The notes under the pieces: generated by a model
What the model was told of the DNA's origin: nothing
Seen by the model: only the letters and a program-made list of their open reading frames with translations
The model's database searches: none
Position numbers and translations under genes: made by a program
DNA from: an uncultured Candidatus Saccharibacteria bacterium
GTDB taxonomy: Bacteria; Patescibacteriota; Dojkabacteria; J137
Assembly: GCA_964607415.1 (NCBI GenBank)
Contig: CAZSKK010000002.1
Location: 224,585-288,584, forward strand
Length of the DNA stretch: 64,000 nt
Direction of reading: 5' to 3'
Part shown: piece by piece, positions 20,620 to 31,116 of the stretch
Position numbering within the stretch: position 1 is the first letter of the stretch
Layout of the letters: the number at the start of each line of letters is the position of its first letter

Positions 20620-20802
20620 TTACTTATTCAGATGCTCTTCCAAGCCCGGAGAAATCAGGTTAGGATTTGTGATAGGGTTTATGGTAAGCTCGAATTTGGA
20701 TCTACTTCCGGTTGAAATCTGATAAACTTCCCAGCCTAAAGTGAATACTAAGGCCAGAACTCCTATTAGAATTAGATATAACCAGGACTTGTTTAAAGAC
20801 AT
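20620..20802 (-). CDS. Small membrane protein downstream of pilO
   Basis: N-terminal TM; collinear with pilN/pilO. Confidence 0.6.
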   Translation of the reverse strand: MSLNKSWLYLILIGVLALVFTLGWEVYQISTGSRSKFELTINPITNPNLISPGLEEHLNK

Positions 20803-20901
20803 AAAAGTTAAATAACGATTTAAGATTCAGAATCCAAGACTAAAAATAATGTTACTATTAAATGAATATTCCTATGACAAATATATCTGCCCTCTTTTCC
20901 T

Positions 20902-21540
20902 CTACTGCTCTAGCAAACTTTCACGCCAAAAATACTCTACTTTAAATGATCCCATAAAAATATTATTGCTTATCGGTTTTCCAGTTTGCTGATCCGTAGC
21001 CACCTGAAATGATACATTAACGATATTGTAAATTCTTTTTGAATTTTCAAGTGAGTCCATAAATTTTAAAATACTATCCTTATCTCCCTGAATTGAAAAT
21101 CCAACTTCTTGTGCTTGAACATTAGGTGTGACTGCAAATTCTGCATCTGGAGTTTGCCTTCTTGTTCCAGCTTCTGCAAAGGTTATACTTCTTAAGACCA
21201 AATTGTTCAAGGTTGCCAGCTGATTAATTTCAGAAACCGCATCTTTTTGATCAAGCTGATTAGAAAATACATTATCGAAAATCTCTAATGTTTCCGCTTT
21301 TTCAGATTCTTGCAGGGTTAGATTTTTAAGTGTATTTAACTTAGTTTCAAGCTGAAGTATGCCTTCGTCTCTTTTTTTATTCTCTTCAAATTGGCCAAGA
21401 ACGGAACTAAAAGCAGGGATAACCCCACCTATCAATATTACTAGAAGAAATAAAAATGTTATCGCTGCAACAAAGTAAGTTTTATTCTTACTAGTTTTCA
21501 GGTATTGCTCTAACGTATATCTAGGTCTGAATTCTGCCAT
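20902..21540 (-). CDS. pilO: Type IV pilus assembly protein PilO-like
   Basis: N-terminal TM, coiled coil, IQG...ILKFMDSLENSKRIYNI. Confidence 0.75.
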   Translation of the reverse strand: MAEFRPRYTLEQYLKTSKNKTYFVAAITFLFLLVILIGGVIPAFSSVLGQFEENKKRDEGILQLETKLNTLKNLTLQESEKAETLEIFDNVFSNQLDQKDAVSEINQLATLNNLVLRSITFAEAGTRRQTPDAEFAVTPNVQAQEVGFSIQGDKDSILKFMDSLENSKRIYNIVNVSFQVATDQQTGKPISNNIFMGSFKVEYFWRESLLEQ

Positions 21541-21571
21541 ATATGAACAAGTTTTAACACCTGCCTTTCCA

Positions 21572-21638
21572 GAGAATGCATATTATGCATTTCGAATGCA
21601 GCTAGCTTAGCTCCATTCAACAGCACAATGGCTGTCTC
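21572..21638. repeat. ~67 bp GAGAATGCATATTATGC hairpin element, copy 1
   Basis: Shared with 39164, 50218 and 62987. Confidence 0.85.
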
Positions 21639-21706
21639 GAGTCGATTTCTGAACTTTGTTTCAGAATCGGATGAGGCAAATTAAATAATTTTTCTACTCA
21701 ACAGCA

Positions 21707-22279
21707 CTATATTTCTTCCCTTAATCTATTTTCTTTATTGATTATTGCTACTAAGACATATTTTCCAGTGTTCGTTTCCACATCTTCACTTTCAACAACT
21801 AAATTATCAATATAAGCGCTGGAGAAAGTTGGCGATGATTCCATTGACGCTTCTATTCTCTTTAAAGATTCAAGATCTATAGAACCCGAAACAGATACTT
21901 TGTCCGAGCTTACAGTTACATTTAAGTCTGAAGACGAGTTCCCTAGATACGAATAAACTTCTGTTAATATTTGCGAATATTTGTTTGTCTGATTCCACAA
22001 AAGCCTGTAGTCCGAATCTTTAGCTTGAATTTCCCTGAATTTAGGCTCCTTTTCCAGTGCAAAAAATTTCACTTCATTATTAAGTTGCTCTATTTTCTTA
22101 TCTTTACTCTTAGCCTGAGTATCAACTACTATTTTAGAGACAAAAGCAATAACAACAAGAATTTCCGTAAAAATGATAACAATTCTTGCTCTTTGAATTA
22201 GCCAGTCATAAATCTTATCCCACACGGTTAAAGGTGGTACTTCTGGTTTTAATAAATTGAATATTCTTTTTTTAGCCAT
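21707..22279 (-). CDS. pilN: Type IV pilus assembly protein PilN-like
   Basis: FNLL N-terminal motif, TM, coiled coil, SG...L..S..F; upstream of pilO. Confidence 0.7.
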   Translation of the reverse strand: MAKKRIFNLLKPEVPPLTVWDKIYDWLIQRARIVIIFTEILVVIAFVSKIVVDTQAKSKDKKIEQLNNEVKFFALEKEPKFREIQAKDSDYRLLWNQTNKYSQILTEVYSYLGNSSSDLNVTVSSDKVSVSGSIDLESLKRIEASMESSPTFSSAYIDNLVVESEDVETNTGKYVLVAIINKENRLREEI

Positions 22280-22456
22280 AAAATGTAAAGCAAAATCAAA
22301 GCTTTAACTATATAATAATACAAAACAGAAATAATTTTCTAATAAACTTAATTTTTTTAATTTTTGAAACAATAAAATATACTAGTGCTACAGTAGTAAT
22401 TCATTGCAGAACAGTTAGCTAGCAACGAATTACTATTTACCAAGATTATTTGTATA

Positions 22457-23278
22457 ATGCTATTTGCTATGAGCTATTTGTACACTTTTGACGAAAAAAG
22501 AAAACCAATCACATTAGAGTCAATTTCTAAAATTTCTGATGAAATTTTAGAAAGCTTAGAAGTACTTATTAATTTTCTGGAAAATGAACTTAATCATAAC
22601 CTTAATGATTCTTCGGCAAAACGTTTTAATAATGCTCAGATAAATTTTCCAGTTATTTTGGAAGAGGCATTCTTAGACTATCTCGCTGAAAACATAACAA
22701 TTCAAAGTGATTTCGGCAATGGTTTTAATCCTTTCCAGTACGATTCAGCAGCTTCAGATTCATTAAATGCTATAATTATTATCGATAAAGCCAGTAAAAC
22801 TGTTGTTAAAGCTAAAAATGTCAGATTTAACAGTTTGAAAATGTTTGATACTTTTTTACTGATAAAGATTAAAGAATTTTTGCTAGAAAACAGAATAAAC
22901 GATTTTTTATTACAAAGAGAAAGCAACAATATTGCAGTAGGAGAGTCTGTTTGGACTGCAAAGTATAGTACAGCCAATCTTGATGAGAGTTTAACCATAA
23001 AACTGAAAAACGAGTCAGTAAAGATGATAGATTTTACGGAATTGCAACCAGACAATGATTCAACGGTCAAGTTTGGGGCAGTAAGCAATGATTTAGAGCC
23101 AATAATTTATATTTTGCATGGAAATCAGTTGGACTATCTTACCGCTGTAAAAAACATGATGAAAAGTTTTGTTAAAAGGACTAAAATACAAGAAGTCGCA
23201 AATAAATATAAAATTTCTATTACAACTATAACAAACGATAAACAAATCGAAAGATTTGATCCTATAAGGAATGACTAA
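22457..23278 (+). CDS. Degenerate ApbE-fold protein lacking catalytic motifs
   Basis: Segments SSAKRFN, GFNPF, LENRINDFLL..NIAVG..W and IKLKNESV are collinear with ApbE at 39252. Confidence 0.55.
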   Translation: MLFAMSYLYTFDEKRKPITLESISKISDEILESLEVLINFLENELNHNLNDSSAKRFNNAQINFPVILEEAFLDYLAENITIQSDFGNGFNPFQYDSAASDSLNAIIIIDKASKTVVKAKNVRFNSLKMFDTFLLIKIKEFLLENRINDFLLQRESNNIAVGESVWTAKYSTANLDESLTIKLKNESVKMIDFTELQPDNDSTVKFGAVSNDLEPIIYILHGNQLDYLTAVKNMMKSFVKRTKIQEVANKYKISITTITNDKQIERFDPIRND

Positions 23279-24017
23279 ATCTACAAAACTAAAACTTTCT
23301 GTTGTAATCCCTGCTTTTAACGAAGAAGAATCACTGCCGAAAGTTATTAAAGCTTTAAAAAAACAAACCTTCAAAGATACTTTTGAAATAATTGTTGTTG
23401 ATAATAACTCTATAGATAAAACAGCAAGCGTTGCCAAAAAGCTTGGAGCAAAAGTCGTTTTTGAGCCGAGAAAAGGTACTCGTTTTGCTTATGATGCTGG
23501 AATGAGGGCCGCTACCGGCGAAATTATTGCAGTAACCAATGCAGATGTTAAACTACCAAAAAACTGGCTTTCCACTTTATTAAAATATTACGAAGATCCA
23601 GAAGTTGTTGGCGTAGGGACACATATAGATTTTTATAACTGCCCTAAATATGTTAACTTCATTTGGTATGTTATTAAGGAATTGGGTGATATTGCATTAA
23701 AAACAGGTTTACTTGAAGTTAAAGAAAGAACATTTTGGGGTCCTTCCATGTCTTGCAGAAGAGATGTCTTCTATAAAGTAGGTGGCATCAACCAAGGAAG
23801 TGATACAAATGAAGATTACATTTTTACACAATTAATTAGGAAACACGGCAAGGCTCCTTATGTTTATGATACAACTGTTTTGATCGATGGCAGAAGATAT
23901 GCAGGTGGATTATTAAATGCTATTTCTAACTGGGCAAATGGCATTGGGCTGAACTCGCTTTCTTTAATGTTCAGAAAAAAATCAGTAATTAAAAACTTCA
24001 AAGACGTAAGACGCTAA
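23271..24017 (+). CDS. Glycosyltransferase family 2
   Basis: SVVIPAFNEE, VVDNNSID, NAD, ED motif. Confidence 0.92.
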   Translation: MTKSTKLKLSVVIPAFNEEESLPKVIKALKKQTFKDTFEIIVVDNNSIDKTASVAKKLGAKVVFEPRKGTRFAYDAGMRAATGEIIAVTNADVKLPKNWLSTLLKYYEDPEVVGVGTHIDFYNCPKYVNFIWYVIKELGDIALKTGLLEVKERTFWGPSMSCRRDVFYKVGGINQGSDTNEDYIFTQLIRKHGKAPYVYDTTVLIDGRRYAGGLLNAISNWANGIGLNSLSLMFRKKSVIKNFKDVRR

Positions 24018-24256
24018 AATCGTAATTACAAAGCTACAAATTTTCAAGTTACAAACAATTTTCAACTAACTCGAAATCAGGAGTAACTCATTAGTGTCAC
24101 TTCGAACCAACCTTTGGCAGGATGAGAAACAGGCACTTAATGGCTTTTTGTGTATCGTTCTCGTCAAAGCCAATGCTTTGCTCGACTGCACATCATTAGC
24201 CACTCTCAAAGCTACTAACCTAAGCTCTTTTGCTCTCTTCCTCTTTACCTCAATTG

Positions 24257-25672
24257 CTACTCTTCGTCTTCATTGTCCGCACACTCGTTAATTCTTGCAA
24301 TAATATTAACAACTTGTTGATTAAATCCATCTTGTATCATCATTTTACTTCTAACTTTATCAATTGCATGTAAAACAGTTGTATGATCTTTTCTGTTAAG
24401 AAAATTTGCAATTTGTTCAAGTTTATAATTAAATTCTTCTCTTAAAATATACATTGCTACTTGCCTTGCCAATGCTAGCTCTTTTGTCCTTCTTGGACCT
24501 TTAATATCTTTGACTGTTAAATTAAAAGCTTTAGCAACTTCTTTTAAAATTTTTGGTAATTTTACCTTTTCTCTTTTTGCTTTTGTATCTAAGCCTAAAC
24601 AGTGTGCTACCTCTTCCATTGTAAGCTCTCCTTCAGGTTTCATTTGATTAAACAGGCTTACTTTTTGAAGTGCGCCTTCCAATGCCCTTATATTATCTGG
24701 TATCGACCTTGCAACAAATTCAAGAATTTGATTATTTAAACTAAAACCGAATGACTCCGATTTTCTATTTACTATTGCAAGTCTCATTTCATAATCAGGC
24801 GTTCCAACATCAACAACCATGCCGCCCTGCATTCTTGATCTCAAACGACTTTCAAGATTTTGTATTTCTTCCGGTCGCCTATCTGCAATCATAATGATTT
24901 GCTTTCCAGCGTTATACAACTCGTTAAAAGTATTAAAAAATTCCTCCTGAGTTACTATCCACTTTGAAATTAATTGCATATCATCGATAATCAAAACATC
25001 CACAGGTCTATACCTATTTCTAAATTTCTCTTGTTGCCCTGTTTTAATTGCTCTAACCATATCATTCAAAAAACCTTCTGAACTTGTATATACTATTTTT
25101 CTTTTTATATTTCTTTCTAGAATTGATCGTCCGATTGCTTGTGCAAGATGTGTTTTTCCAACTCCAGTTTTCCCGTAAATAAAAAGTGGATTATAAATCT
25201 GACCTGGTCTTTCAATTATTGCTAACGACGCAGCATGAGCAATTCTGTTAGGATTTCCAACTATGTAGTTAGACATCGAATATTTTGGGTTTAATCCTGA
25301 TGCAACGACTTCATCCAGCACACTCCCCATAATCCCATTTTCAGCAGAAAGAATAGAACTAGAATCTACATAAGACCTGCTGTCTTCTTGAACGATAGAA
25401 GATTCTATCTGAGATTGTTGATAAACCTCAAAAACTGGTATAAGGCTATCGCCATATACATAACTGATAGTGTCTTTAATAAGGTTGTCGTATCTAACTT
25501 TTAGCCACTCTGAAGTATAGGGATTAGGTACTCCAATAACAGCCTTTTTCCCATCCACTTTTATTAATTTAGTATCCTGAAAAAAAGTTTTGAAGGTTGC
25601 TGGAGCATCTAGCTTGATCTCTATTTGAGCCAATGTGGTTTTCCAGAGCTGGTCGTGTTCACGTACTTTCAT
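24257..25672 (-). CDS. dnaA: Chromosomal replication initiator DnaA
   Basis: YNPLFIYGKTGVGKTHL, IDDMQ, EEFFNTFN, RKDHTTVLHA. Confidence 0.98.
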   Translation of the reverse strand: MKVREHDQLWKTTLAQIEIKLDAPATFKTFFQDTKLIKVDGKKAVIGVPNPYTSEWLKVRYDNLIKDTISYVYGDSLIPVFEVYQQSQIESSIVQEDSRSYVDSSSILSAENGIMGSVLDEVVASGLNPKYSMSNYIVGNPNRIAHAASLAIIERPGQIYNPLFIYGKTGVGKTHLAQAIGRSILERNIKRKIVYTSSEGFLNDMVRAIKTGQQEKFRNRYRPVDVLIIDDMQLISKWIVTQEEFFNTFNELYNAGKQIIMIADRRPEEIQNLESRLRSRMQGGMVVDVGTPDYEMRLAIVNRKSESFGFSLNNQILEFVARSIPDNIRALEGALQKVSLFNQMKPEGELTMEEVAHCLGLDTKAKREKVKLPKILKEVAKAFNLTVKDIKGPRRTKELALARQVAMYILREEFNYKLEQIANFLNRKDHTTVLHAIDKVRSKMMIQDGFNQQVVNIIARINECADNEDEE

Positions 25673-25802
25673 AAAATTGATTTAAAAGAGTAACTAAAAA
25701 AGATCAGAAAGTTGAAATTTCCTGATTCTTTATCCAAAAGGGTGCCGCATAAAGGATTTGCACGACTTTGTAATGAAAATTTCAAGGTAGTAGACTAAGG
25801 AT

Positions 25803-25818
25803 ATATCCACGTGGATAA
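25803..25818. promoter_or_regulatory. Overlapping inverted DnaA-box pair in the dnaA leader
   Basis: atatccacgtggataa gives TTATCCACG on the minus strand and ATATCCACG on the plus strand. Confidence 0.6.
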
Positions 25819-25968
25819 CTTGTAAAGATCCTATAGTCGAATAAGACTAGATTGCTTTATAGGTCAGTAAATTTTCTTATTGGCCATTATAAAATTAGGT
25901 GGAATATTTTAAATATTCTTATCCTACTTCATTCTACCAAATAGTAGCTAATGTGCTAAAATTTTCTT

Positions 25969-26247
25969 ATGAACGACACCGATAGAATAAAAAAACTTGA
26001 AGAAGAAGTAGCCAAAATTAAACTTCGAAATATCAAGGTAGAGCAAAATAAAGCATGGGAAACCAGCATCCATAGGAAATTAATAATCACAATTCTAACA
26101 TACGTAGTAATGTGCCTTATCATGAGCCAGCTTGATGTTGAGCGTTTTTACTTGAGTGCAATTATTCCGACGCTAGGATTTGTTTTGTCATCGCTTTCTC
26201 TTAACTTCTTTAAACGAATTTGGATAAAATACAGCAGTAAAGCCTAA
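25969..26247 (+). CDS. Small hypothetical membrane protein
   Basis: Coiled coil, VEQNKAWETS, two TMs; leaderless promoter. Confidence 0.75.
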   Translation: MNDTDRIKKLEEEVAKIKLRNIKVEQNKAWETSIHRKLIITILTYVVMCLIMSQLDVERFYLSAIIPTLGFVLSSLSLNFFKRIWIKYSSKA

Positions 26248-26402
26248 GAGACTTAGAGGAGGAGAACGAAAGAGCATTAAAGGTAGATAAAATGTGCTTC
26301 AGTTCACTTGCCAGCCTTTTAGAGGCAACGAGCGAAAAGAATCATATTTCATGTTTATTTTTAGCTCTATTATCATAGCTATAAGCTAAATGCTTTTTAA
26401 TC

Positions 26403-26732
26403 ATGGATCATAAAATTAGTAAATTTTCTTTGCTATATTCGATTTACAATCTACTTGTTTCTTTGCCTAAAGAGCTTGCAAAACTGCTGATAAAGTTCTA
26501 CCAATTCTTTCTCTCATTCGACAATTCGTTCTGGGCTAAATGGGTTAACATGCCTGTTTGTATACACTACCCTACTTGCTCTCAGTACACTTATGAAGCA
26601 ATAGATAAATTTGGAGTTATTAAAGGTTCCGTTATGGGGTTTTTTAGAATCATAAGATGCAACCCTTTTTCAGAAGGAGGATACGATCCGGTGCCAGAGA
26701 AATTTAGTATAAGGAAGAGCCCAACTAGTTAA
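26403..26732 (+). CDS. yidD: Membrane protein insertion efficiency factor YidD
   Basis: [27 protein letters not shown]. Confidence 0.93.
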   Translation: MDHKISKFSLLYSIYNLLVSLPKELAKLLIKFYQFFLSFDNSFWAKWVNMPVCIHYPTCSQYTYEAIDKFGVIKGSVMGFFRIIRCNPFSEGGYDPVPEKFSIRKSPTS

Positions 26733-26790
26733 CGTGTTTACGCGTTATGATTTTACGGGTTTTAAATAATAAGCAGGCTTTATTCGCAGA

Positions 26791-28074
26791 TTACTTATTA
26801 CCGAGAAGTTCATCTTCAATCCTCAAAAGTTCGTTATACTTTGCAACTCTATCTGTTCTGCTTGGCGCGCCGGATTTAATTTGACCACAACCTGTTCCAG
26901 TTGCAAGATGAGCTATAAATGTATCCTCAGTTTCGCCACTTCTATGAGACACAATGTTTTTCCAACCTGCATTTAGACTTAATTGCATTGCTTCAAGTGT
27001 TTCCGAAACAGTGCCTATTTGATTAACTTTAACTAAAAGCGCATTACATGCTTTTTTATCTATGGCTTTTTGAATTCTCTTCGTGTTCGTAACCAAAAGA
27101 TCATCCCCTACAACTTGTTCGAGCTTTGTTCCAAAGTGATTAGATTCTTCCAAAAAATCACTCCAACTTGTCCATGAGTCTTCAGAAAAAGGGTCCTCTA
27201 TCGAAATTATTGGGTATTCTTTTAGTAAAAATTTTATGTTATTAATCCACTCTTTTGTGTCTAAAGTTTTTTTATCCAGTCTAAGTTTATACTCATCATC
27301 CGCTTCTCCCGGTTTATTTTCAACAAAAAACTCACTTGCAGCAAAATCAATTCCAATAGCAATATCAACTCCCGGAACAAAGCCTGCTTCCTCTATAGCT
27401 TCAATTAAAAAATCCAAAGCTTCCTTGTTTGATTTTAATTCTGGCGCAAATCCCCCCTCATTTCCAACATTTGTTGAAAACCCTTTTTTCTTTAGCAAAT
27501 CTTCTAATGTGTGGAACACTTCAGAGCCTATTCTTAGTCTCTCAGAAAAAGGCAAATCAACAACCGGTATAATCATAAATTCCTGAATATCTAATACCCA
27601 ATTTGCATGAGCTCCACCATTTAAAATATTAAACATAGGCCTTGGCACTTTTGGTGTACTTCCAAAAAGCTTTGCAATATATTGGTAGGTGTCAAGATTT
27701 GATTCTTTAGCAAGTGCGTTGGTGAATGCCATTGAAAGCGGAAGGATTGCATTCGCACCAATATTTGATTTATTCTGAGTACCATCAAGCTTAATTAAAA
27801 ACTCATCCAATTCTTTAACTGAACCAAAATCTACATTTAAAATTTCTGGTTTTACTTTTTGCTCAAGGTTGTTTACGGCATTTAAAACCCCTAGGCCTTT
27901 ATATCTTTTTGGGTCTGCATCTCTAAGCTCAAGCGCTTCGTGCTCACCTGTTGATGCACCGCTTGGGGTTATACCCCTAGCTTCAATTTTTCCATCAAGT
28001 ATAATATCAACTTCAACTGTTGGATTTCCTCTGGAATCTAGAACTTCTAGTGCATTTAGGTTTGTAATTTTCAT
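26791..28074 (-). CDS. eno: Enolase
   Basis: LDSRGNPTVE, PSGASTG, VGDDL, SHRSGETED. Confidence 0.98.
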   Translation of the reverse strand: MKITNLNALEVLDSRGNPTVEVDIILDGKIEARGITPSGASTGEHEALELRDADPKRYKGLGVLNAVNNLEQKVKPEILNVDFGSVKELDEFLIKLDGTQNKSNIGANAILPLSMAFTNALAKESNLDTYQYIAKLFGSTPKVPRPMFNILNGGAHANWVLDIQEFMIIPVVDLPFSERLRIGSEVFHTLEDLLKKKGFSTNVGNEGGFAPELKSNKEALDFLIEAIEEAGFVPGVDIAIGIDFAASEFFVENKPGEADDEYKLRLDKKTLDTKEWINNIKFLLKEYPIISIEDPFSEDSWTSWSDFLEESNHFGTKLEQVVGDDLLVTNTKRIQKAIDKKACNALLVKVNQIGTVSETLEAMQLSLNAGWKNIVSHRSGETEDTFIAHLATGTGCGQIKSGAPSRTDRVAKYNELLRIEDELLGNK

Positions 28075-28079
28075 AGGGT

Positions 28080-29474
28080 TTATATCTTAATTACTTCAAA
28101 TAAATTTGGAAAGAAAGGTGTTTCGTCTAACGGAGCTTTAGAAACTAATAAAATTCTATCGCCAGTTGTCACAATGTTTAACTCTTTACATTTATCAATA
28201 ATAATCTTAATTGCTTCATCTCTATCTGTTCCCACCGGTGCAATGCTAAAAGCATCATTAATACCCTTATAAATCATTGCAACCCTTGCACTAAATTCAT
28301 CAATTACCAATGCGTATATAGGCTGCTTTATTGCATGCCTTCCAATAAGTCTTGCAGCCCTTCCTGTCCTTGAAACAGCAATCACTTTATCAATTGAGTT
28401 TCTCATGTTTATGCATAGCTCTGCTGCAGACTTTGATATTGCATCAATATCTTCACTAACATCTAAAGCCCTGCTTTTAATAATTTTAGGCTCTAAACTT
28501 TTTTCAACTTCAAGTGCAATTTTTGATAAAAATCTAACTGCCTCCACAGGATATTTTCCCGCAGAGCTTTCCCCGGAAAGCATAACTGCATCTGTTCCTT
28601 GCATTATTGCTGTGGCAACATCATTAGCCTCTGCTCTTGTTGGTCTTGGATTAATGGTCATAGATTCAAGCATTTGGGTTGCGGTAACCACAGGTTTGCC
28701 AGCTGCATTACATTTTTCAATTAGTAATTTCTGAATCATAGGAACTTTCTCTAATCCAAGCTCAACTCCCAAACCTCCCCTTGCAATCATTATTCCATCA
28801 ACTATATCAAGAATCTGGTCAATATTATTTACACCTTCCATGTCTTCAATTTTTGCAAATAATTTCATTGCGCTATTACCAAGAAAGTCTTTAATATATT
28901 TTGCTGATGATGCATTTTGAACAAAAGAAGCTGAAACTATATCCCAGCCTGTTTTGATTGCATGGTTTAGATTCAGCTTATCCTTATCTGTTAGTATATC
29001 TACAGCAAAGTTTCCTCCAGGAAAATTTAATGCCTTTCCTGGCTTTAAAACCTCTCCAAAAATTACTTCACAAATCATCGTAGTGCCCCTAATTTCCTTG
29101 ATAACCATTTCTACGTCTCCATCGCCTATAACTACTCTTTGACCCGGTTTAACAAACGAATAGACATTTCTATAGTTAGCAGGATATATTTCTGCCGATT
29201 CATCATTCCCAATTTCTAAAATGTCTCCTGGCCTTATACTTTTTATCTCTGGAAATTTATTCATTCTAACCTCAGGACCTTTAACATCAATCATCAATGA
29301 TACTTTGCTGCTAACGTTTTTGACTAATGCTTTTACCTTATCAAGTTCATCCGGATCAGCAAAAGCTCCATTAACCCTTGCACAATTCATTCCAGCACCT
29401 ATCATCTGTCTCATTACTTCTTGGTCCCAAGTAGCGGGACCTATTGTACATATAATTTTTGTTTTCTTTTCCAT
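28080..29474 (-). CDS. pyk: Pyruvate kinase
   Basis: KTKIICTIGPA, AKIE, TATQMLESM, PTRAE, DAVMLSGES. Confidence 0.97.
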   Translation of the reverse strand: MEKKTKIICTIGPATWDQEVMRQMIGAGMNCARVNGAFADPDELDKVKALVKNVSSKVSLMIDVKGPEVRMNKFPEIKSIRPGDILEIGNDESAEIYPANYRNVYSFVKPGQRVVIGDGDVEMVIKEIRGTTMICEVIFGEVLKPGKALNFPGGNFAVDILTDKDKLNLNHAIKTGWDIVSASFVQNASSAKYIKDFLGNSAMKLFAKIEDMEGVNNIDQILDIVDGIMIARGGLGVELGLEKVPMIQKLLIEKCNAAGKPVVTATQMLESMTINPRPTRAEANDVATAIMQGTDAVMLSGESSAGKYPVEAVRFLSKIALEVEKSLEPKIIKSRALDVSEDIDAISKSAAELCINMRNSIDKVIAVSRTGRAARLIGRHAIKQPIYALVIDEFSARVAMIYKGINDAFSIAPVGTDRDEAIKIIIDKCKELNIVTTGDRILLVSKAPLDETPFFPNLFEVIKI

Positions 29475-29599
29475 ATAATTCTTTAAACATAAATATTCTA
29501 CAAAAAAGTTAGCGTGTTTGCGAGTTTAAGTGTTACCGAATTCTTAATTTTAGTTTTTAGCTAATTGCTTTCTGCTAAATGCTAATAGCTTATGCATTA

Positions 29600-29863
29600 C
29601 AACTCAATGAATGATTTTTACTATTCTGCCCTCAATATTCCTATATTCCTATCACAAACTATTCTAAAACTCTCCTCCAAACACAATCACCTTTTGCTAT
29701 TACTTGAAAAAGAAATCAACGAAAACACAACAAAATTTATCAACAAAACTTATCCACCTGATTAAAATCCCGGAATTTAATGCTATAATTACAAAGCAAA
29801 AAGAATATACACATATTCTTTGTTCCTAATACTATAACTTCTAATTTATAAATATATTAAAGT
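29600..29863. other. Candidate replication origin (oriC) upstream of dnaN
   Basis: DnaA-box-like TTATCAACA (29737) and TTATCCACC (29750), AT-rich tract before dnaN, gene polarity diverges here. Confidence 0.5.
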
Positions 29864-31015
29864 ATGAAAGTAACAGTAAACCATGAAAAGATAGCAAAAA
29901 GCCTTTCCTATATAAGCAAATCTGTTAGTCAAAAACCAAATATTCCTGTTCTATCTAATGTACTTTTTGTAAGTGAAAAAACAGGGGTAATGCTTTCTGC
30001 TACGAACTTAGACATGAGTTTACAAATGTGGATACCTGCAAAAGTAGACGAAGAAGGGTCTACAACTATTTCAGCAAAATACTTTGCAGATTTTGTTTCT
30101 GCGACAACCGGCGATAATGTGGATATTGTTTTAAAAGATAATGTTGTAAATGTGCAAACAAAATTCTCAAAGGCAAGTTTTAATACTATTGCTGCACAAG
30201 AGTTTCCAGTGCTTCCAAAAGCAAAAGGCAGTCCATTGTTTTCTATTGATACTGCAGAGTTTATAAAGTCATTAGAGAAAGTAAGCTTTGCCTGCTCAAC
30301 AGATATCTCTGCAGGTAAAATTCAGCAATCTGGGATTTTATTTGAGTTTGATAAGGAAGTGAATGACAAAATTACATTTGTGGGACTTGATAGTTTTAGA
30401 CTTTCAAAGAGGGATTCAAAGATAGCTGATCTTGATAAAGACTTTCCAAAAAGTGAGATTATAGTTCCTTCTAAATATTTAACAGAACTGTCAAGAATTC
30501 TTTTGGATAATCCTAAATTAGATAAAATTGATGTATTTTTGAGCGAATCAAAATCTCAAATAATATTTAAAGTAGAAGATTTGGAGTTTAGTGTAAGGCT
30601 AATTGAAGGGCCATATCCTGACTACAAAAGAATACTTCCAGACTCTTTCTCCTATTCTTTTGAGGTGAAAAAAGCAGAATTTGAAAAATCCATAAAAGTT
30701 GTAAATACTTTTGCAAGGAGTAATTTAGGTAATAAAACACTTTTTGATTTTGATGTTGAAAAATCTAACTTAAACTTAAAATCAGCAGTCGCAGAAGTTG
30801 GAGAAAATGAAACTACGTTAGAAATAGAGAGAGTTGATGGGGCAAGTGACCTTAATTCTGCATACAATTTGAGATATCTTCAAGATCTTGTTTCCCATGT
30901 GGATGGGGATACAATTCGTTTTGAGACAAAAGGACCTCTTGCAGCTTCAGTTTTTAAAGATAAAAGTGACCCAACGTTTATGCATTTGATAATGCCATTA
31001 AGACGTGAAGCATAG
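29864..31015 (+). CDS. dnaN: DNA polymerase III beta clamp
   Basis: IPVLSNV, ATNLD, EFP, DSFRL, RLIEGPYPDY, IMPLR. Confidence 0.96.
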   Translation: MKVTVNHEKIAKSLSYISKSVSQKPNIPVLSNVLFVSEKTGVMLSATNLDMSLQMWIPAKVDEEGSTTISAKYFADFVSATTGDNVDIVLKDNVVNVQTKFSKASFNTIAAQEFPVLPKAKGSPLFSIDTAEFIKSLEKVSFACSTDISAGKIQQSGILFEFDKEVNDKITFVGLDSFRLSKRDSKIADLDKDFPKSEIIVPSKYLTELSRILLDNPKLDKIDVFLSESKSQIIFKVEDLEFSVRLIEGPYPDYKRILPDSFSYSFEVKKAEFEKSIKVVNTFARSNLGNKTLFDFDVEKSNLNLKSAVAEVGENETTLEIERVDGASDLNSAYNLRYLQDLVSHVDGDTIRFETKGPLAASVFKDKSDPTFMHLIMPLRREA

Positions 31016-31116
31016 AAGCGTTATAAAGTTTCAATATTACATCGTTTTTGAAATTTTTTGTTTAAATTTGAACTCTTTGCAACGTTGGTAGATAATGGTT
31101 TAGTTATAACCGAAGT

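Noticed and set aside
24094-24291. 65-aa ORF after the GT2 gene
   Set aside because: Overlaps the dnaA 3' end and consists of degenerate palindrome and repeat DNA (gtcacttcga...ctcgactgcac plus an octamer arm)
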